Assembly: GCA_002359315.1 (NCBI GenBank)
Contig: DEMS01000032.1
Coordinates: 2,438-66,437, forward strand
DNA: 64,000 bases
Origin: Bacteroidetes bacterium UBA2664
Lineage (GTDB): Bacteria; Bacteroidota; Rhodothermia; Balneolales; Balneolaceae
Direction of reading: 5' to 3'
The position numbers were made by a program, and so were the translations under genes. How positions within the stretch are numbered: the first letter of the stretch is position 1; every line of letters starts with the position of its first letter. Positions 10,384 through 21,406 of this stretch are shown here, piece by piece. The notes beneath the pieces are model-generated. The model was given only the letters and a program-made list of their open reading frames with translations, was not told the origin of the DNA and did not search any database.

Positions 10384-10812
10384 ATGAAAAAAATTATTAA
10401 AAACTCACCCATTGATAAAACTGATACGAACACGATTCAAATAAACCGTTTTTCAACTCCATTGGGTCCCATGTTTATTTGTGCAACTGAAATTGGAGTT
10501 TGTCTGTTAGAATTTGCCGATAGAAAAATACTCGAAACGGAATTCAATGACTTACAAAGGCTATTTAAGGCAAATATAATAGCCGGTGTAAGCAACCACA
10601 TCAAGCAAACTGAGAAGGAGGGTATCATCAAGTCTGTTGTACCTGACAAGACTCAAAAAATTGTGGTGTACTGTGCAAATAGTGATTGCAATGCATCGCC
10701 CACTCTCGGTGGGAAATTAATGGACCTGAATTATAATAATGTGCGTGATTTTGATGCCGGTCTCGCAGGCTGGAAAAAAGCGAATTTCGAACTTACAGGT
10801 GCTCAGGTATAA
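10384..10812 (+). pseudogene. Chimeric ORF: Ada/Ogt methyltransferase fragment fused to rhodanese C-terminal part
   Basis: TPLGPMFICAT..GVCLLEF (Ogt/Ada N-terminal subdomain, no PCHR) then IVVYCANSDCNAS...NVRDFDAGLAGW (rhodanese). Confidence 0.6.
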
Positions 10813-10860
10813 CCGTTCGCACACTGTTCTATACTATAAATTGAGAGGGTAAATTATATA

Positions 10861-10891
10861 AAAGCAGAAGCTTTCCGGCTTCTGCTTTTTT
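10861..10891. terminator. Bidirectional intrinsic terminator
   Basis: AAAGCAGAAGC-tttccg-GCTTCTGCTTT with A/T tails between convergent genes. Confidence 0.8.
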
Positions 10892-10961
10892 ATTCCTGTA
10901 CAATTCAGCACTGGTTTTTAGCCAATTTAGCTATATCAATGGCAATATCTATGAAAGATTT

Positions 10962-11396
10962 TCAGGCTGTAAGAGTTGCATCCAGTTCTATATCTACACC
11001 GGCTAATGCTTTTGAAACCGGGCAGCCTTTTTTTGCAGCCTGTGCGATTTCCTGAAATTTATCGTTGCCGATCTTGGGTACATCTCCCTTCGTAATCAAT
11101 TTAATTGTAGTAATACCGCCTTTTTCTGCGTCGAGGGTCACTTCTGCATGAGTTTCCACGGAATTTGGGGTAAACCCGGCTTTATCCAATTCATTTGAAA
11201 AAGCCATTGAGTAACAGCCTGCATGTGCAGCACCGATCAACTCTTCCGGGTTTGTACCTGCTTTATCACCAAACCTTGTGGCAAAACTATATTCACCTTC
11301 ATATGAACCGCTCCCCAATTTCATGGTTCCTTTTCCCGATTTCAAATTTCCTTTCCAAATTGCTTCTGCTTTCTTTGTAGGCATAATTTCACTCAT
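10962..11396 (-). CDS. osmC: OsmC family peroxiredoxin
   Basis: TNPEELIGAAHAGC, AKKGCPVSKAL. Confidence 0.92.
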   Translation of the reverse strand: MSEIMPTKKAEAIWKGNLKSGKGTMKLGSGSYEGEYSFATRFGDKAGTNPEELIGAAHAGCYSMAFSNELDKAGFTPNSVETHAEVTLDAEKGGITTIKLITKGDVPKIGNDKFQEIAQAAKKGCPVSKALAGVDIELDATLTA

Positions 11397-11643
11397 TTAA
11401 ATTTTATGTTTTATACACTGTTAAAATAACAAAGCGGGTGTTAAATGCATTCCTTATTAAATAGATCAAAAAAATATATAAAAGGCGAATGATGTTTCGC
11501 ACAAGATGAAAAAAATAATTATTTGATTTTTCTAAATATTCTATTCAGTTTAGGAAAACGTATAACTAACTGTTTTTATTAGCAAACACATTGAACTTAA
11601 CCAAATTAACACCGGAAATAATGGTTAAGTAGATCGCCTCTAT

Positions 11644-12870
11644 ATGATGTATAAACATGTGATAATTACTTTATCAACGATTGGTATATTTGGTATATCA
11701 CTATATTTCTCTCCAATTTTATCCGCTCAAAATGCTGAGGATGAATCCTCCCTCCATATCGGTGGAGCTTTGCGATACAATGTGATCTTACAAAACTATG
11801 AAAGTGACATCGACGCAACCAGTTCTTCTTTCACAATGGACACATGGCGCATCAATGTTCTCTACGATAATCCGGGCGGGATCGGACTTAATTTTGAATA
11901 TCGATTTTATCCTACATTTGGAACTCATTTTATCAAACAGGGATGGCTTGATTATCATGCCAATGACCAAACCGAGTTGCAGTTAGGGGTCACTCAAGTT
12001 CCTTTTGGCAATATTCAGTACAACTCCAACAATTGGTGGTTCAGCCTGCCCTACTATGTTGGTCTGGAGGATGACCATGATATGGGCCTCAAACTGATAT
12101 ATCGAAGAGAGAACATCCGCTGGGATTTTGCCTATTTTTTTCAGCCCGAACCGGAAGGCCCGCCTGCAGCATTCGGAACGGGAGGCCCGGGGCGCTATTC
12201 ATATGATGTGATACCTGAAGGAAATGCCGCACTTACAGAAAGAAATCAATTTAATCTTCGTGCCGCATGGCTTACAGGTCCAAGTGAGTATGGACTTTCC
12301 CTGGAATATGGACAACTTTATAACACAGTCCTAAGCAGGTTTGACCATCGCTATGCGTTTGCTGCCCATGCCGACATTAACTCTGGTAACTTCAATATCA
12401 AACCTCAGATTCTCTATTACAAAATGAATGCTTTGGATGATGATGGCCAGAAACTTAGCACAGCTTTTATGGGCGCGTATGCGATACCCTATCAGGTTTC
12501 AACAGAAGCATGGATTGCTACATTGGGATTAGCTTACTCCCATGATGTAGAATGGGGGCCTGTAACCAATTTGCTTTTTTACAATGATTTCAGCTATATG
12601 AAGAATCGTGCAGGATCCGGAACAACTCGATTGGCGGATGGAAATACACTGACCCTTGATCAACATTTTCAGTATACCATTCAGAATATTACCGGCATTT
12701 TGGTCTCGGCCGGACCGGTTTATACCTACTTTGATATTGCACAAGGTGTAAACCATCCATGGCTAACGGATTCATTTGGAGTCGGTGTAGGGCCCGGCCA
12801 TGAGGATCTTGGGATTGGTAAATCCGAGTATAACATCCGATTTAATATAAATATCGGATTTTACTTTTGA
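11644..12870 (+). CDS. Outer-membrane beta-barrel (porin-like) protein
   Basis: Signal peptide, amphipathic strands, terminal INIGFYF; first gene of BCCT operon. Confidence 0.75.
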   Translation: MMYKHVIITLSTIGIFGISLYFSPILSAQNAEDESSLHIGGALRYNVILQNYESDIDATSSSFTMDTWRINVLYDNPGGIGLNFEYRFYPTFGTHFIKQGWLDYHANDQTELQLGVTQVPFGNIQYNSNNWWFSLPYYVGLEDDHDMGLKLIYRRENIRWDFAYFFQPEPEGPPAAFGTGGPGRYSYDVIPEGNAALTERNQFNLRAAWLTGPSEYGLSLEYGQLYNTVLSRFDHRYAFAAHADINSGNFNIKPQILYYKMNALDDDGQKLSTAFMGAYAIPYQVSTEAWIATLGLAYSHDVEWGPVTNLLFYNDFSYMKNRAGSGTTRLADGNTLTLDQHFQYTIQNITGILVSAGPVYTYFDIAQGVNHPWLTDSFGVGVGPGHEDLGIGKSEYNIRFNINIGFYF

Positions 12871-12926
12871 CTCATTTTAACTGTCTCAGTTACTATTAAA
12901 CATGTTAAATATTCAGTAAAGATAAT

Positions 12927-14546
12927 ATGAATCAAAAAAAAGAGAAGCAGCCACAAAACAGTTCCTCAAATTCAAAACCGGTTTTTGAAATTCATGGTCC
13001 TGTATTTTGGCCATCTGTTATTTTGATAACGTTGCTAATCGCCGGTACGATCATTATGGGGGATGCTGCCGAAGAATTATTTAATTCTGTAAGAATAGGG
13101 ATTACAGAATCAGCAACCTGGCTCTTTGTGATCGGCGTTAATATTTTTATTGGCTTCTCGCTCTTTTTTGCATTCAGTAAATTTGGATCGATACGCCTGG
13201 GCGGACAGGATTCAGAGCCTGAATTTAGTACCATGGCCTGGTTTGCTATGCTATTCAGTGCCGGTATGGGTATTGGTTTGATGTTTTTTGCCGTCGCTGA
13301 ACCGATGTGGCATCTGCTCTATCCACCGCATGCAGAAGTTGGATCCACAGGTGCTGTACGAGATGCAATGGGGATTACTTTTCTGCACTGGGGCCTTCAT
13401 GCCTGGGCGATTTATGCAGTTGTTGGACTTGCACTTGCGTTTTTTGCGTTCAACCGAAAATTACCACTCTCATTCCGATCCGTTTTTTATCCACTTCTTG
13501 GAGAACGAATCAACGGCTGGATGGGAGACGTGATCGACATCCTCGCTGTATTAGCTACTTTATTTGGGTTGGCTACATCTTTGGGTTTGGGTGCATCTCA
13601 GGCCGGCGCAGGCATTGAGTATGTGTTTGGGCTTGACAATAGTGTTAATCTGCAGGTAATCATTATTATTGTAGTAACCGCTATTGCCGTTGTGTCTGTT
13701 GTGTTAGGAATCGATAAAGGTGTAAAAGTTCTCAGCGAATTTAATATCCGGATTGCAGCACTCTTTTTGCTCTTCATACTTATTGTAGGCCCTACTCTAT
13801 ATATTCTCAGCAATTTTGTACAGAGCACCGGCCATTATATACAAAATTTTGCTTCCTACGCGACCTGGACTCAGACCTTCGAAGAAGGTGAATTCATGAC
13901 AACCTGGACCGTCTTCTATTGGGCCTGGTGGATCTCCTGGTCGCCTTACGTCGGTATGTTTATTGCAAGGATATCCAAGGGCAGAACTGTAAAGCAGTTT
14001 GTTCTCGGGGTATTGATTGTTCCTACATTGGTTACGTTTCTGTGGATGAGCGGATTTGGCGGCAGTGCACTTTATCTTGAAACCGGAGGAATTGCTGAAA
14101 TTGCAGCCGCTGTTGAAATGGATCAAACGACTTCATTATTTATACTGCTGGATCAATTTCCACTCTCTCTTGTGACATCAATTCTGGCTATTATTCTAAT
14201 TCTTAGTTTTTTTGTTACATCATCCGACTCAGGTTCATTGGTTATTGACGGACTCACCAGCGGTGGGAAAATGCACTCACCCGTTGGGGTTCGTATATTT
14301 TGGGCTTCAACAGAAGGTGTCGTCGCGGCAATTCTACTGCTTGGAGGTGGTTTGAGTGCGTTACAGGCCGGGGCTATCAGTACCGGCTTACCCTTTGTTC
14401 TGGTCCTGCTTTTTATGTGTTATAGCCTTCAAATTGGACTTGCAAGGGAATACAGAGAACATATGACCCAAACAAAAGAAAAAGAGCGGGAATCTTATCA
14501 GGAACTCGTTCAGCGTCTATTATCAAAAAGAAAAAAAGAAAATTAA
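12927..14546 (+). CDS. BCCT family (betaine/choline/carnitine) transporter
   Basis: WFAMLFSAGMGIG, HWGLHAW, WTVFYWAWWISWSP, TSSDSG. Confidence 0.95.
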   Translation: MNQKKEKQPQNSSSNSKPVFEIHGPVFWPSVILITLLIAGTIIMGDAAEELFNSVRIGITESATWLFVIGVNIFIGFSLFFAFSKFGSIRLGGQDSEPEFSTMAWFAMLFSAGMGIGLMFFAVAEPMWHLLYPPHAEVGSTGAVRDAMGITFLHWGLHAWAIYAVVGLALAFFAFNRKLPLSFRSVFYPLLGERINGWMGDVIDILAVLATLFGLATSLGLGASQAGAGIEYVFGLDNSVNLQVIIIIVVTAIAVVSVVLGIDKGVKVLSEFNIRIAALFLLFILIVGPTLYILSNFVQSTGHYIQNFASYATWTQTFEEGEFMTTWTVFYWAWWISWSPYVGMFIARISKGRTVKQFVLGVLIVPTLVTFLWMSGFGGSALYLETGGIAEIAAAVEMDQTTSLFILLDQFPLSLVTSILAIILILSFFVTSSDSGSLVIDGLTSGGKMHSPVGVRIFWASTEGVVAAILLLGGGLSALQAGAISTGLPFVLVLLFMCYSLQIGLAREYREHMTQTKEKERESYQELVQRLLSKRKKEN

Positions 14547-14556
14547 GGAGCTTGAT

Positions 14557-15468
14557 ATGATTAATTCTAAACATTGGATGGTATGCCTGGATCTGACTAA
14601 AATGGATTCCATTTTGATCGGATACGTTTCTTTTCTGGCAAAAATATCTCAACCCACTACGGTAACATTTTTACATGTTGTTGATTCCGGACCTCAGACA
14701 CTCGAAATCATTGAACAATTTCCGGAAATCGAATCAAAAGAGGAGTTCCTTGATCTTTTGAGAGCTGATATTCATGAAAAACTGGATGAGTCTTTCGATG
14801 AACCGGAAGCAGAATTACGTGTCATCATCAAAGAAGGCAAACCGACCAACACGATCATTGAAGTAAGTAAAAGCCTGGATTTCGATCTGTTGATTGTCGG
14901 TAAAAAAACAGGGTATGTCGGTGAAGGTATTTTGCCAAAACAGATTCTTAAGTATGTGGCAACCTCGATACTATTTGTACCTGAAAACAGTCGTTATCAG
15001 CTTGAAAATATCCTGGTCCCTATTGATTTTTCTGAACAGTCGGCAAGTGCAACGGCTGTTGCTTCAAAACTGGCAAAGATATCCGGTGGAGCCGTCACAG
15101 CTCAACATATCTATGAGTATAAAGCTCAATTTTTTCCCTATCTGATGTCGGAAGAGGAGATGAAAAGAGTGGATCAAAAAACAGAGGACAAAAAAAATGC
15201 ATTTTTGAATAGTTATCCTATTCCGGGAAATGTGAACATTTCACTATCTCGACACAATAAAGGGAAGCTGGCAGATACCGTTTATGATAAAGTGTTGAAC
15301 ACTCAGGCAGATATCATCATAGTAGCTTCAAAAGCGAAGCGATTTTCCGCCTTGATCAGTCATGATTTTACAGATAAAATGGTGAACTATGCATTTGGAG
15401 TACCCCTTTTGTTACTCAGAAATCAAAAAAAATATCAGGAATATCTGGATGATCTCTTTTCTGATTGA
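14557..15468 (+). CDS. Universal stress protein (two USP domains)
   Basis: ILVPIDFSEQS, DLLIVGKK, tandem USP layout. Confidence 0.85.
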   Translation: MINSKHWMVCLDLTKMDSILIGYVSFLAKISQPTTVTFLHVVDSGPQTLEIIEQFPEIESKEEFLDLLRADIHEKLDESFDEPEAELRVIIKEGKPTNTIIEVSKSLDFDLLIVGKKTGYVGEGILPKQILKYVATSILFVPENSRYQLENILVPIDFSEQSASATAVASKLAKISGGAVTAQHIYEYKAQFFPYLMSEEEMKRVDQKTEDKKNAFLNSYPIPGNVNISLSRHNKGKLADTVYDKVLNTQADIIIVASKAKRFSALISHDFTDKMVNYAFGVPLLLLRNQKKYQEYLDDLFSD

Positions 15469-15570
15469 AGAAAAGAAGAGGTAACATTTAGGAATGGAAT
15501 TGGCAATAATTCCTATTCGTTTCTGTTTTTGATTAAAAAATTTTAGACTGGTTCAGTTTTTCGGGGGCAA

Positions 15571-15601
15571 TAAAAAAAGCCGGGTTTGTTCACCCGGCTT
15601 A
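15571..15601 (-). terminator. Intrinsic terminator
   Basis: AAAAAAAGCCGGGT...ACCCGGCTT downstream of the minus-strand gene. Confidence 0.75.
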
Positions 15602-15627
15602 TGATTTTAATAATTGTTATTCTCTGA

Positions 15628-16212
15628 TCAAACGATCTCAGGCTCCGTGGTAAAGGCCTCAGGTTTCCAGGCAGCCTGTGTGTTTTCAAGTGCCATCTGA
15701 CCAATACTTTCCGCACGGTCCTCATCATCAATGATCTCAGTAGCTACTATGAGAGGCACAATCTTGCTGATCTCGGTGATTAATCCTGTGCAATTTGTCA
15801 TATGCTCAGAAGTAAGTTCTGTCAACATTGTATCCTCTGCCGCAAGTGCATAGGTGTGCAGCATTGTATAGCCGATTGTAATCATTGAAAGGGCGGTATA
15901 ATCATCTCTCATCATTTTTGAAACGGTATCATTACGCACGCTATCGATCAAGCCTGCTATTGAGCCGGTAAATGAGGCGATGGTTGTTTTGATATCGGAT
16001 TTTAACTCTCCGCCAAGCCTTTCAACTTGTTTTTCAAGTGAATGCACGTGTTCAGAGGTCATCTTGTCAAGTTCATGCAAGAGTTCCACAACGCGATGAT
16101 CTCTTACTTTATCAGATGCTTTCTGTTTTCTGATCGCATTCATAAAATGCTCTTCAAGTGCCAGCAGATCAGAGGTATATTTTTGAAGTCCTTTATTCTT
16201 ATCTGTACTCAT
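15628..16212 (-). CDS. Ferritin-like four-helix protein (DUF892-like)
   Basis: DLLALEEH, SKMMRDDYTAL, GYTMLH. Confidence 0.6.
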   Translation of the reverse strand: MSTDKNKGLQKYTSDLLALEEHFMNAIRKQKASDKVRDHRVVELLHELDKMTSEHVHSLEKQVERLGGELKSDIKTTIASFTGSIAGLIDSVRNDTVSKMMRDDYTALSMITIGYTMLHTYALAAEDTMLTELTSEHMTNCTGLITEISKIVPLIVATEIIDDEDRAESIGQMALENTQAAWKPEAFTTEPEIV

Positions 16213-16303
16213 GGGATTATGATATTTTTAATTATAAATTGTTCACTTTTTTAAACAAAATAATGCTCCAGTACGTTCAGGGATCGTTTTTTAGGTATAA
16301 AAA

Positions 16304-16703
16304 GTGGGTCCGGCGAGCTTGAACCGCGGAGCACTGCTCCGCAAGAACAACGGCTGGAGTAATTTTAAGGGATAATACTGAAGAAGAGATTCCAACTCTT
16401 TAGAAACACGAGTCTAAAATGTGGGCCCGGCAGGCTTGAACCCCGAAGCACTGCTTCGGAATAACAACGGCTTGAGTAAGTATATTGTTTATAAATGAAC
16501 GATAGGTCAGTTCTTAATAGAATATAGGTCTTGATTAAAGTGGGCCCGGCAGGCTTGAACCCCGAAGCACTGCTTCGGAATAACAACGGCTTGAGTAAGT
16601 ATATTGTTTATAAATAAACGATAGGTCAGTTCTTAATAGAATATAGGTCTTGATTAAAGTGGGCCCGGCAGGCTTGAACACCGAAGCACTACTTTGGAAT
16701 AAC
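16304..16703 (-). repeat. tRNA-linked tandem repeat, about 119-bp units starting with the tRNA-Ile 3' end
   Basis: Units start GTGGGCCCGGCAGGCTTGAAC at 16304 (diverged), 16421, 16540 and 16659 (partial); two central units near-identical. Confidence 0.9.
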
Positions 16704-16875
16704 TTCCGATTGTTTGGGGATGGACACCATATGCGATAATAAGTTAAAGCAATGCTTCAAAAAGGTAGTTATATTCGAATACTCTTTGAACTTACCGACG
16801 TTAAGCCTTTTTTGAAGATTCCATATTTCAAATATTAAGGGAATAATTACCAAAACCACCAATAAATAAAAGAAT

Positions 16876-17820
16876 ATGAAATTCCTGAAATTTTTAAAGT
16901 GGGTGTTTATTGTAATTCTTGGGTTAGTTGTCATTGTTATTACGGTTACCCTACTTACCCCCATTCCCAAGAATCCAACTCTTGACCTTGATACCATGAG
17001 GCAGGAGGTAAATCAGCCTTTTCATTTATTGGAAACCACAGATGAGGAGACACTTTTTATAAGAAGATGGGATCCGGTGGACAGCTTGGCAAAAGAAGAA
17101 ATTGCTGTCCTTATCCTCCATGGGATAACAGCTCATAGTAAGGCCTATGATTTTATGGCAGAGCCTTTATCAGAAGCCGGTTATACTACATTCGGATTGG
17201 ATTATAGAGGGCATGGACTCTCAGGGGGGAGTCGTGGTGATAGCCCAAGTAAAGAACGTTCCAAGTCGGATTATTTGGAGACTTTAAGATTTGTTAAGGA
17301 CCAGGGGTTCTCCAATGTTGTCGTTCTTGGACACAGCTTTGGAGTAGCTTCAGCAATATTTTTGGCAAAAGAGGCTCCGGATGAAACGGATGGACTTGTG
17401 TTACTTTCTGCGGCATATCAAGGAAAACTACCGCCGAGGGAGTTTGGTTGGTTCGAGATTTTGACCGCATACACAAACTCCATTATTCGTCCAAGTACTG
17501 CTGTCATTGAGTACAAAAGGGACGGAATGGAGAAAAGTAATGACCCCCTTTTCACTTATGCATATACCTTGCGTTTTGTAAGTATGTTGGATACTCAAAG
17601 TGAGTTGGAGTTTCAGGATGAACCACCCATGCCGATTTTGGTAGGGATAGGGGACCAAGATGAGCTTTTTTCAGTAGAGGCCGTGCGTGAATTATATGAT
17701 GGGATTCCAGGGGAAAATAAAGAGTTTTGGGTGATTGAGGATGCCTTGCACGCCACATTCCCATCTTCAAGTTGGGATGACTTAGTTGATTGGTTGGACA
17801 GACAAAATTTTGCATTGTAA
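16876..17820 (+). CDS. Alpha/beta hydrolase (lysophospholipase-like), N-terminal anchor
   Basis: LHG, DYRGHG, GHSFG nucleophile elbow, GDQD, H near C-terminus. Confidence 0.9.
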   Translation: MKFLKFLKWVFIVILGLVVIVITVTLLTPIPKNPTLDLDTMRQEVNQPFHLLETTDEETLFIRRWDPVDSLAKEEIAVLILHGITAHSKAYDFMAEPLSEAGYTTFGLDYRGHGLSGGSRGDSPSKERSKSDYLETLRFVKDQGFSNVVVLGHSFGVASAIFLAKEAPDETDGLVLLSAAYQGKLPPREFGWFEILTAYTNSIIRPSTAVIEYKRDGMEKSNDPLFTYAYTLRFVSMLDTQSELEFQDEPPMPILVGIGDQDELFSVEAVRELYDGIPGENKEFWVIEDALHATFPSSSWDDLVDWLDRQNFAL

Positions 17821-17931
17821 TTTTTCTCCAGTCATAAAAAAAAGCCACTGCTTTTTAGGCAGAGGCTTATGTTCTTAGCCTGATGAATCAAAGATTCAGG
17901 CATAAATATTTATCCGATCCGTGGTTTTCAA

Positions 17932-18933
17932 TTAATTAAAAACAGATGGATTGCCACGGTCCTTTGTGTCAACTCCACCGTCAACAATAGGCGATGCAAA
18001 ACCGCTTATACGATTACCTGTCAGTTTATTTCCTTCAGACCCAGGGTAGATGTAAATTCCTGCTCCTCCATCAGTGGCAGTTAAACGATTACCGGTTATA
18101 TCGTTATTTGCACCCAAAAGTAAGACTCCCCATGCAACAAAATCAAAAGAAGATTCGCTTACTACATCTGAACTGGTTTTGTTAGACTTGAATGAATTGT
18201 CATCACCAATGACAAAAGCACTAAATTCATTATCAGTAAAGGTGTTATTTGTTACAGAACTATTATCTGCTCCATTTAACATCACACCTGTAGAAGCCCA
18301 GTTGCTCTCTCCGTCCCACCAATGATCTGCAACATCATTGTTTGTGAAGTTAACTACAGCTCCCTGATCAACCTGAACACCATTTTCAGCCCAACCGGAT
18401 GTCTTGGCACCTGTTCCAATAATCTTGTTTCCACGGACTTTAACGTTAGTATCTCCCCCGCGAACAAGCAATCCTACCCGGTGTGCACCGGATAACTCAC
18501 TCTTGCTTAGGGTTCCGGATGCTCCATTAATGTAAGCTACTGAAATAAATTGATGTGGATAATCACCTACCACAGAAACTGATGTATTAGTAATTTTAAC
18601 ATCAGCTCCATCTATATAAATACCATATTGTACTGACTTGGCACCATCAACAGTTCCGTTAAGTGTCGCTCCTCTGATATTTCCATCCTCATTAAAGTAG
18701 ATACCTATATCACAGTTTACGTCGAATGACCCGTTTGGAGACTCGTTTATATAGTTTGCGGTCAGACCAACCCCGGTATCATGGCATTGACTTAGACTTA
18801 AGTTAGACGTTATCCCTTCACTGCTTTGTAAGGATTTATTCTCATCTGAGACGCTGTCAGTTAGGGAGTCACAGCCAACTACAAAAACCCCTGTTATTAC
18901 GATTACCCCAATTATTCTTTTGAATGTTCTCAT
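17932..18933 (-). CDS. Lipoprotein with right-handed parallel beta-helix repeats
   Basis: Lipobox VVGC; repeated N..I.GN/NN beta-helix turns. Confidence 0.75.
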   Translation of the reverse strand: MRTFKRIIGVIVITGVFVVGCDSLTDSVSDENKSLQSSEGITSNLSLSQCHDTGVGLTANYINESPNGSFDVNCDIGIYFNEDGNIRGATLNGTVDGAKSVQYGIYIDGADVKITNTSVSVVGDYPHQFISVAYINGASGTLSKSELSGAHRVGLLVRGGDTNVKVRGNKIIGTGAKTSGWAENGVQVDQGAVVNFTNNDVADHWWDGESNWASTGVMLNGADNSSVTNNTFTDNEFSAFVIGDDNSFKSNKTSSDVVSESSFDFVAWGVLLLGANNDITGNRLTATDGGAGIYIYPGSEGNKLTGNRISGFASPIVDGGVDTKDRGNPSVFN

Positions 18934-19107
18934 AATGTATATTTTTAGCTAAGATTTAATACGTATTTCTTTTGATCACCATCTAATCTGTCTCTTAATT
19001 ATTAGTTTTAAAATAGAAGAGATATGATAAAAATAAAGTACAAATTTAGGCTCAGTAGTCTAATTATAGATTTTAATCACGGTTGAAGAGGTTTTAGTAC
19101 ATATTTA

Positions 19108-19890
19108 TCATTGAAAAGAATATTGTTTAATCAAATCGATAAAGCCTGAAATCTTTTTGGTATCAGAATTTTCAAAAAGAAAAGGTCTTACATCATTTGC
19201 CATTTCTTCCATATTCATTTGGTCACATTTTTCAAGGATCTCTTTTTTTAAAGCATCTGCATTGGATATTGATATTTTCGCATCCAGGTAACTATAGTTG
19301 GGTTTAATATCATGGCTCATCAAAAATACCAAGTCAAAAAAATCTCTACCTTTATTTCGTTTTCGATTGATAATGGCATAAATCTTTTGAGCCATTAAAA
19401 GCGGTAACGGAGTTGTCAGAATGGTAGTAAACACATCAAACTTATTCAGAATGTGTCTGTCCGGATCGTAATCAAAATGCTGGGGTTCGGTATCCAGTTG
19501 GATGAGTATTTTCTCTTCGGTGTGGCCGGATAATCCTTCTTCAAACAGTATGCCCGGAAATTTAAAGTGGCAATGCCAGGCTCCCTTCATAACTGTCTTT
19601 AACTCAACTTCGTAGCCTTCTCTTACCAATTGTTTTTCAATATCATTTGCTATGCTCTGGAAATCATTTTCATTCAGATCAATGTTATCGAAGTCCAGGT
19701 CCTCTGAAAACCGATTGTTTCCATGGACAATTCGAAGGCAGGTGCCTCCCAGAAAACATAAATGAGTTGCATATCTGCTTTCAAAAATGATCTCCAAAAT
19801 TTTGTACTGCAGATATTCCCTGAGCAAGAATCTAGGGAATCGATGCAGGTTTTCCGGGTAAAACGGTTGTATCTCACGAAGTGTTAGCAT
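19108..19890 (-). CDS. abiEii: AbiEii-family nucleotidyltransferase toxin (type IV TA)
   Basis: FLGGTCLRI..G..RFSEDLDF, KIYA...R.KGRDFFD. Confidence 0.92.
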   Translation of the reverse strand: MLTLREIQPFYPENLHRFPRFLLREYLQYKILEIIFESRYATHLCFLGGTCLRIVHGNNRFSEDLDFDNIDLNENDFQSIANDIEKQLVREGYEVELKTVMKGAWHCHFKFPGILFEEGLSGHTEEKILIQLDTEPQHFDYDPDRHILNKFDVFTTILTTPLPLLMAQKIYAIINRKRNKGRDFFDLVFLMSHDIKPNYSYLDAKISISNADALKKEILEKCDQMNMEEMANDVRPFLFENSDTKKISGFIDLIKQYSFQ

Positions 19891-20497
19891 TCAAATACTC
19901 TTTAAATAATTTAATTCTTGTTCGTAATGCTTTTGAGTCGATATGCGATGCGTATTTATCGATTTTAACCATAGATAAACTGTTGTTCATCTCTGTTGAT
20001 TTCCAGCGCAACGATTCAAGATCATCCGGTTCACTAATTTTGTGATGTAGATAGAGGTAATCGATCACTGTTTTTTCCGGATCAGCGATTGCAAAATGGT
20101 AGTTGTTCCACTCCTCCAAGTGGTAGCCAAAAAAGAGTGCTGGTTTAATGTGCCGATAATTGAAGCCTCCCAAGGGAGTATCAAACGACTGTGTTTTTCG
20201 GGATGAACAAGAAGTAACCTGGAAAACGCCTTCGGGGATATAACCATACCAGGATAAAGCAGACTCTAATGAGATATAGGAGGGACTATATAGTTCATTT
20301 GCAGCAAAAAAAAGATAGCGTTCATTTACAGCATTACCCGAAAAGTAATAAAACCGATTTCTTAGTTTTTGAATATATCCTTTATCCTGCCATTCGACGA
20401 GTCGGCGGGAATCGAAGCCGGGAAAATGTTTTTCTATTTCCCTGATTGAAAAAACCGGGAAGGCATTCATTGCGTCATGGAATTGCCGATAATTCAT
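19874..20497 (-). CDS. abiEi: AbiEi-family antitoxin (type IV TA)
   Basis: PSYISLESALS.YG.IPE, ADPEKTVID; overlaps abiEii start. Confidence 0.88.
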   Translation of the reverse strand: MNYRQFHDAMNAFPVFSIREIEKHFPGFDSRRLVEWQDKGYIQKLRNRFYYFSGNAVNERYLFFAANELYSPSYISLESALSWYGYIPEGVFQVTSCSSRKTQSFDTPLGGFNYRHIKPALFFGYHLEEWNNYHFAIADPEKTVIDYLYLHHKISEPDDLESLRWKSTEMNNSLSMVKIDKYASHIDSKALRTRIKLFKEYLNANTS

Positions 20498-20827
20498 ATA
20501 TGTTTCTTTTTTTTGTTAAAAATAACAAAATTTAGAAATAAAATGAATTATTTAACCAAGTATTAATAAAGGCTTCCGATACTCCTCTCGACAACTTCAA
20601 TAGTAGCATTGAATATATTATCCGAATAAAGAGATACAACCTAATTTGTACGCCTTCGGAATAAGACTAAAGAGGGGGGCTGTATTGGAGGATATTTGGT
20701 GACTTTTATGAATGATTTACCTATACTTTTAAGATAAATTGTGTTGTTATTTCATTTACTCAATCAAATCATTTTTTTTAAAAAATATCTGTAAGCTTTG
20801 GTATAAGAGAATAAAAAATAATCAACT

Positions 20828-21406
20828 ATGACACATCTTACCCTGGTTCTTATGTTTTTGTTCACCCCCCAGTTAGGGGAATTGTCGGAGAGTACTATTG
20901 GTCTTGGCAAACCACAAATATCTATGGCTGAATCTTCTCAACTACAAAACAAAGCTGCCAAAGATTATACAGAATATTATTTCTTGCAGGGGATTCAGAT
21001 TAGTCAACGATTATGCAACATAAGTTCGGCTTGTGAACCCGGAGAGGTTATAGAAAGTGACACCCTAAACACGGCGTTTATTGTACGGTTGACCTTCAGC
21101 AGCGAAAAACCTGATTCAGTTTTATTTGATGGACTTGAGGGAGCCAATACGAAACCAAGAGAAATGATTTCAAGTGGGTTTAACGGGCTTGCCGCTGCGT
21201 ACCGGGAATGTAGCCCATCATCTGATTGTGGCCACGCCCGTAAAACCGGAAATAAACTGGAGTTTAACCTATCCTCACCAAGTGGAAGATATTTTGGAAA
21301 GGGAACTCTCGATAACGGCAGGCTGACATTGCAGACCCAGTACATTTACAGAGGTTCTGGTGCAGAATATATTTTAGAAGGCCAAAAAATCGTGGAGTAT
21401 GAATGA
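20828..21406 (+). CDS. Secreted hypothetical protein (paralog of next gene)
   Basis: Hydrophobic N-terminus; shares GLEGA and C-x5-C motifs with 21403..21927. Confidence 0.65.
   Translation: MTHLTLVLMFLFTPQLGELSESTIGLGKPQISMAESSQLQNKAAKDYTEYYFLQGIQISQRLCNISSACEPGEVIESDTLNTAFIVRLTFSSEKPDSVLFDGLEGANTKPREMISSGFNGLAAAYRECSPSSDCGHARKTGNKLEFNLSSPSGRYFGKGTLDNGRLTLQTQYIYRGSGAEYILEGQKIVEYE

Noticed and set aside
16304-16703. Possible CRISPR array
   Set aside because: Whole 119-bp units repeat (the 'spacers' are near-identical), the repeat is a tRNA 3' end, and no cas genes are present
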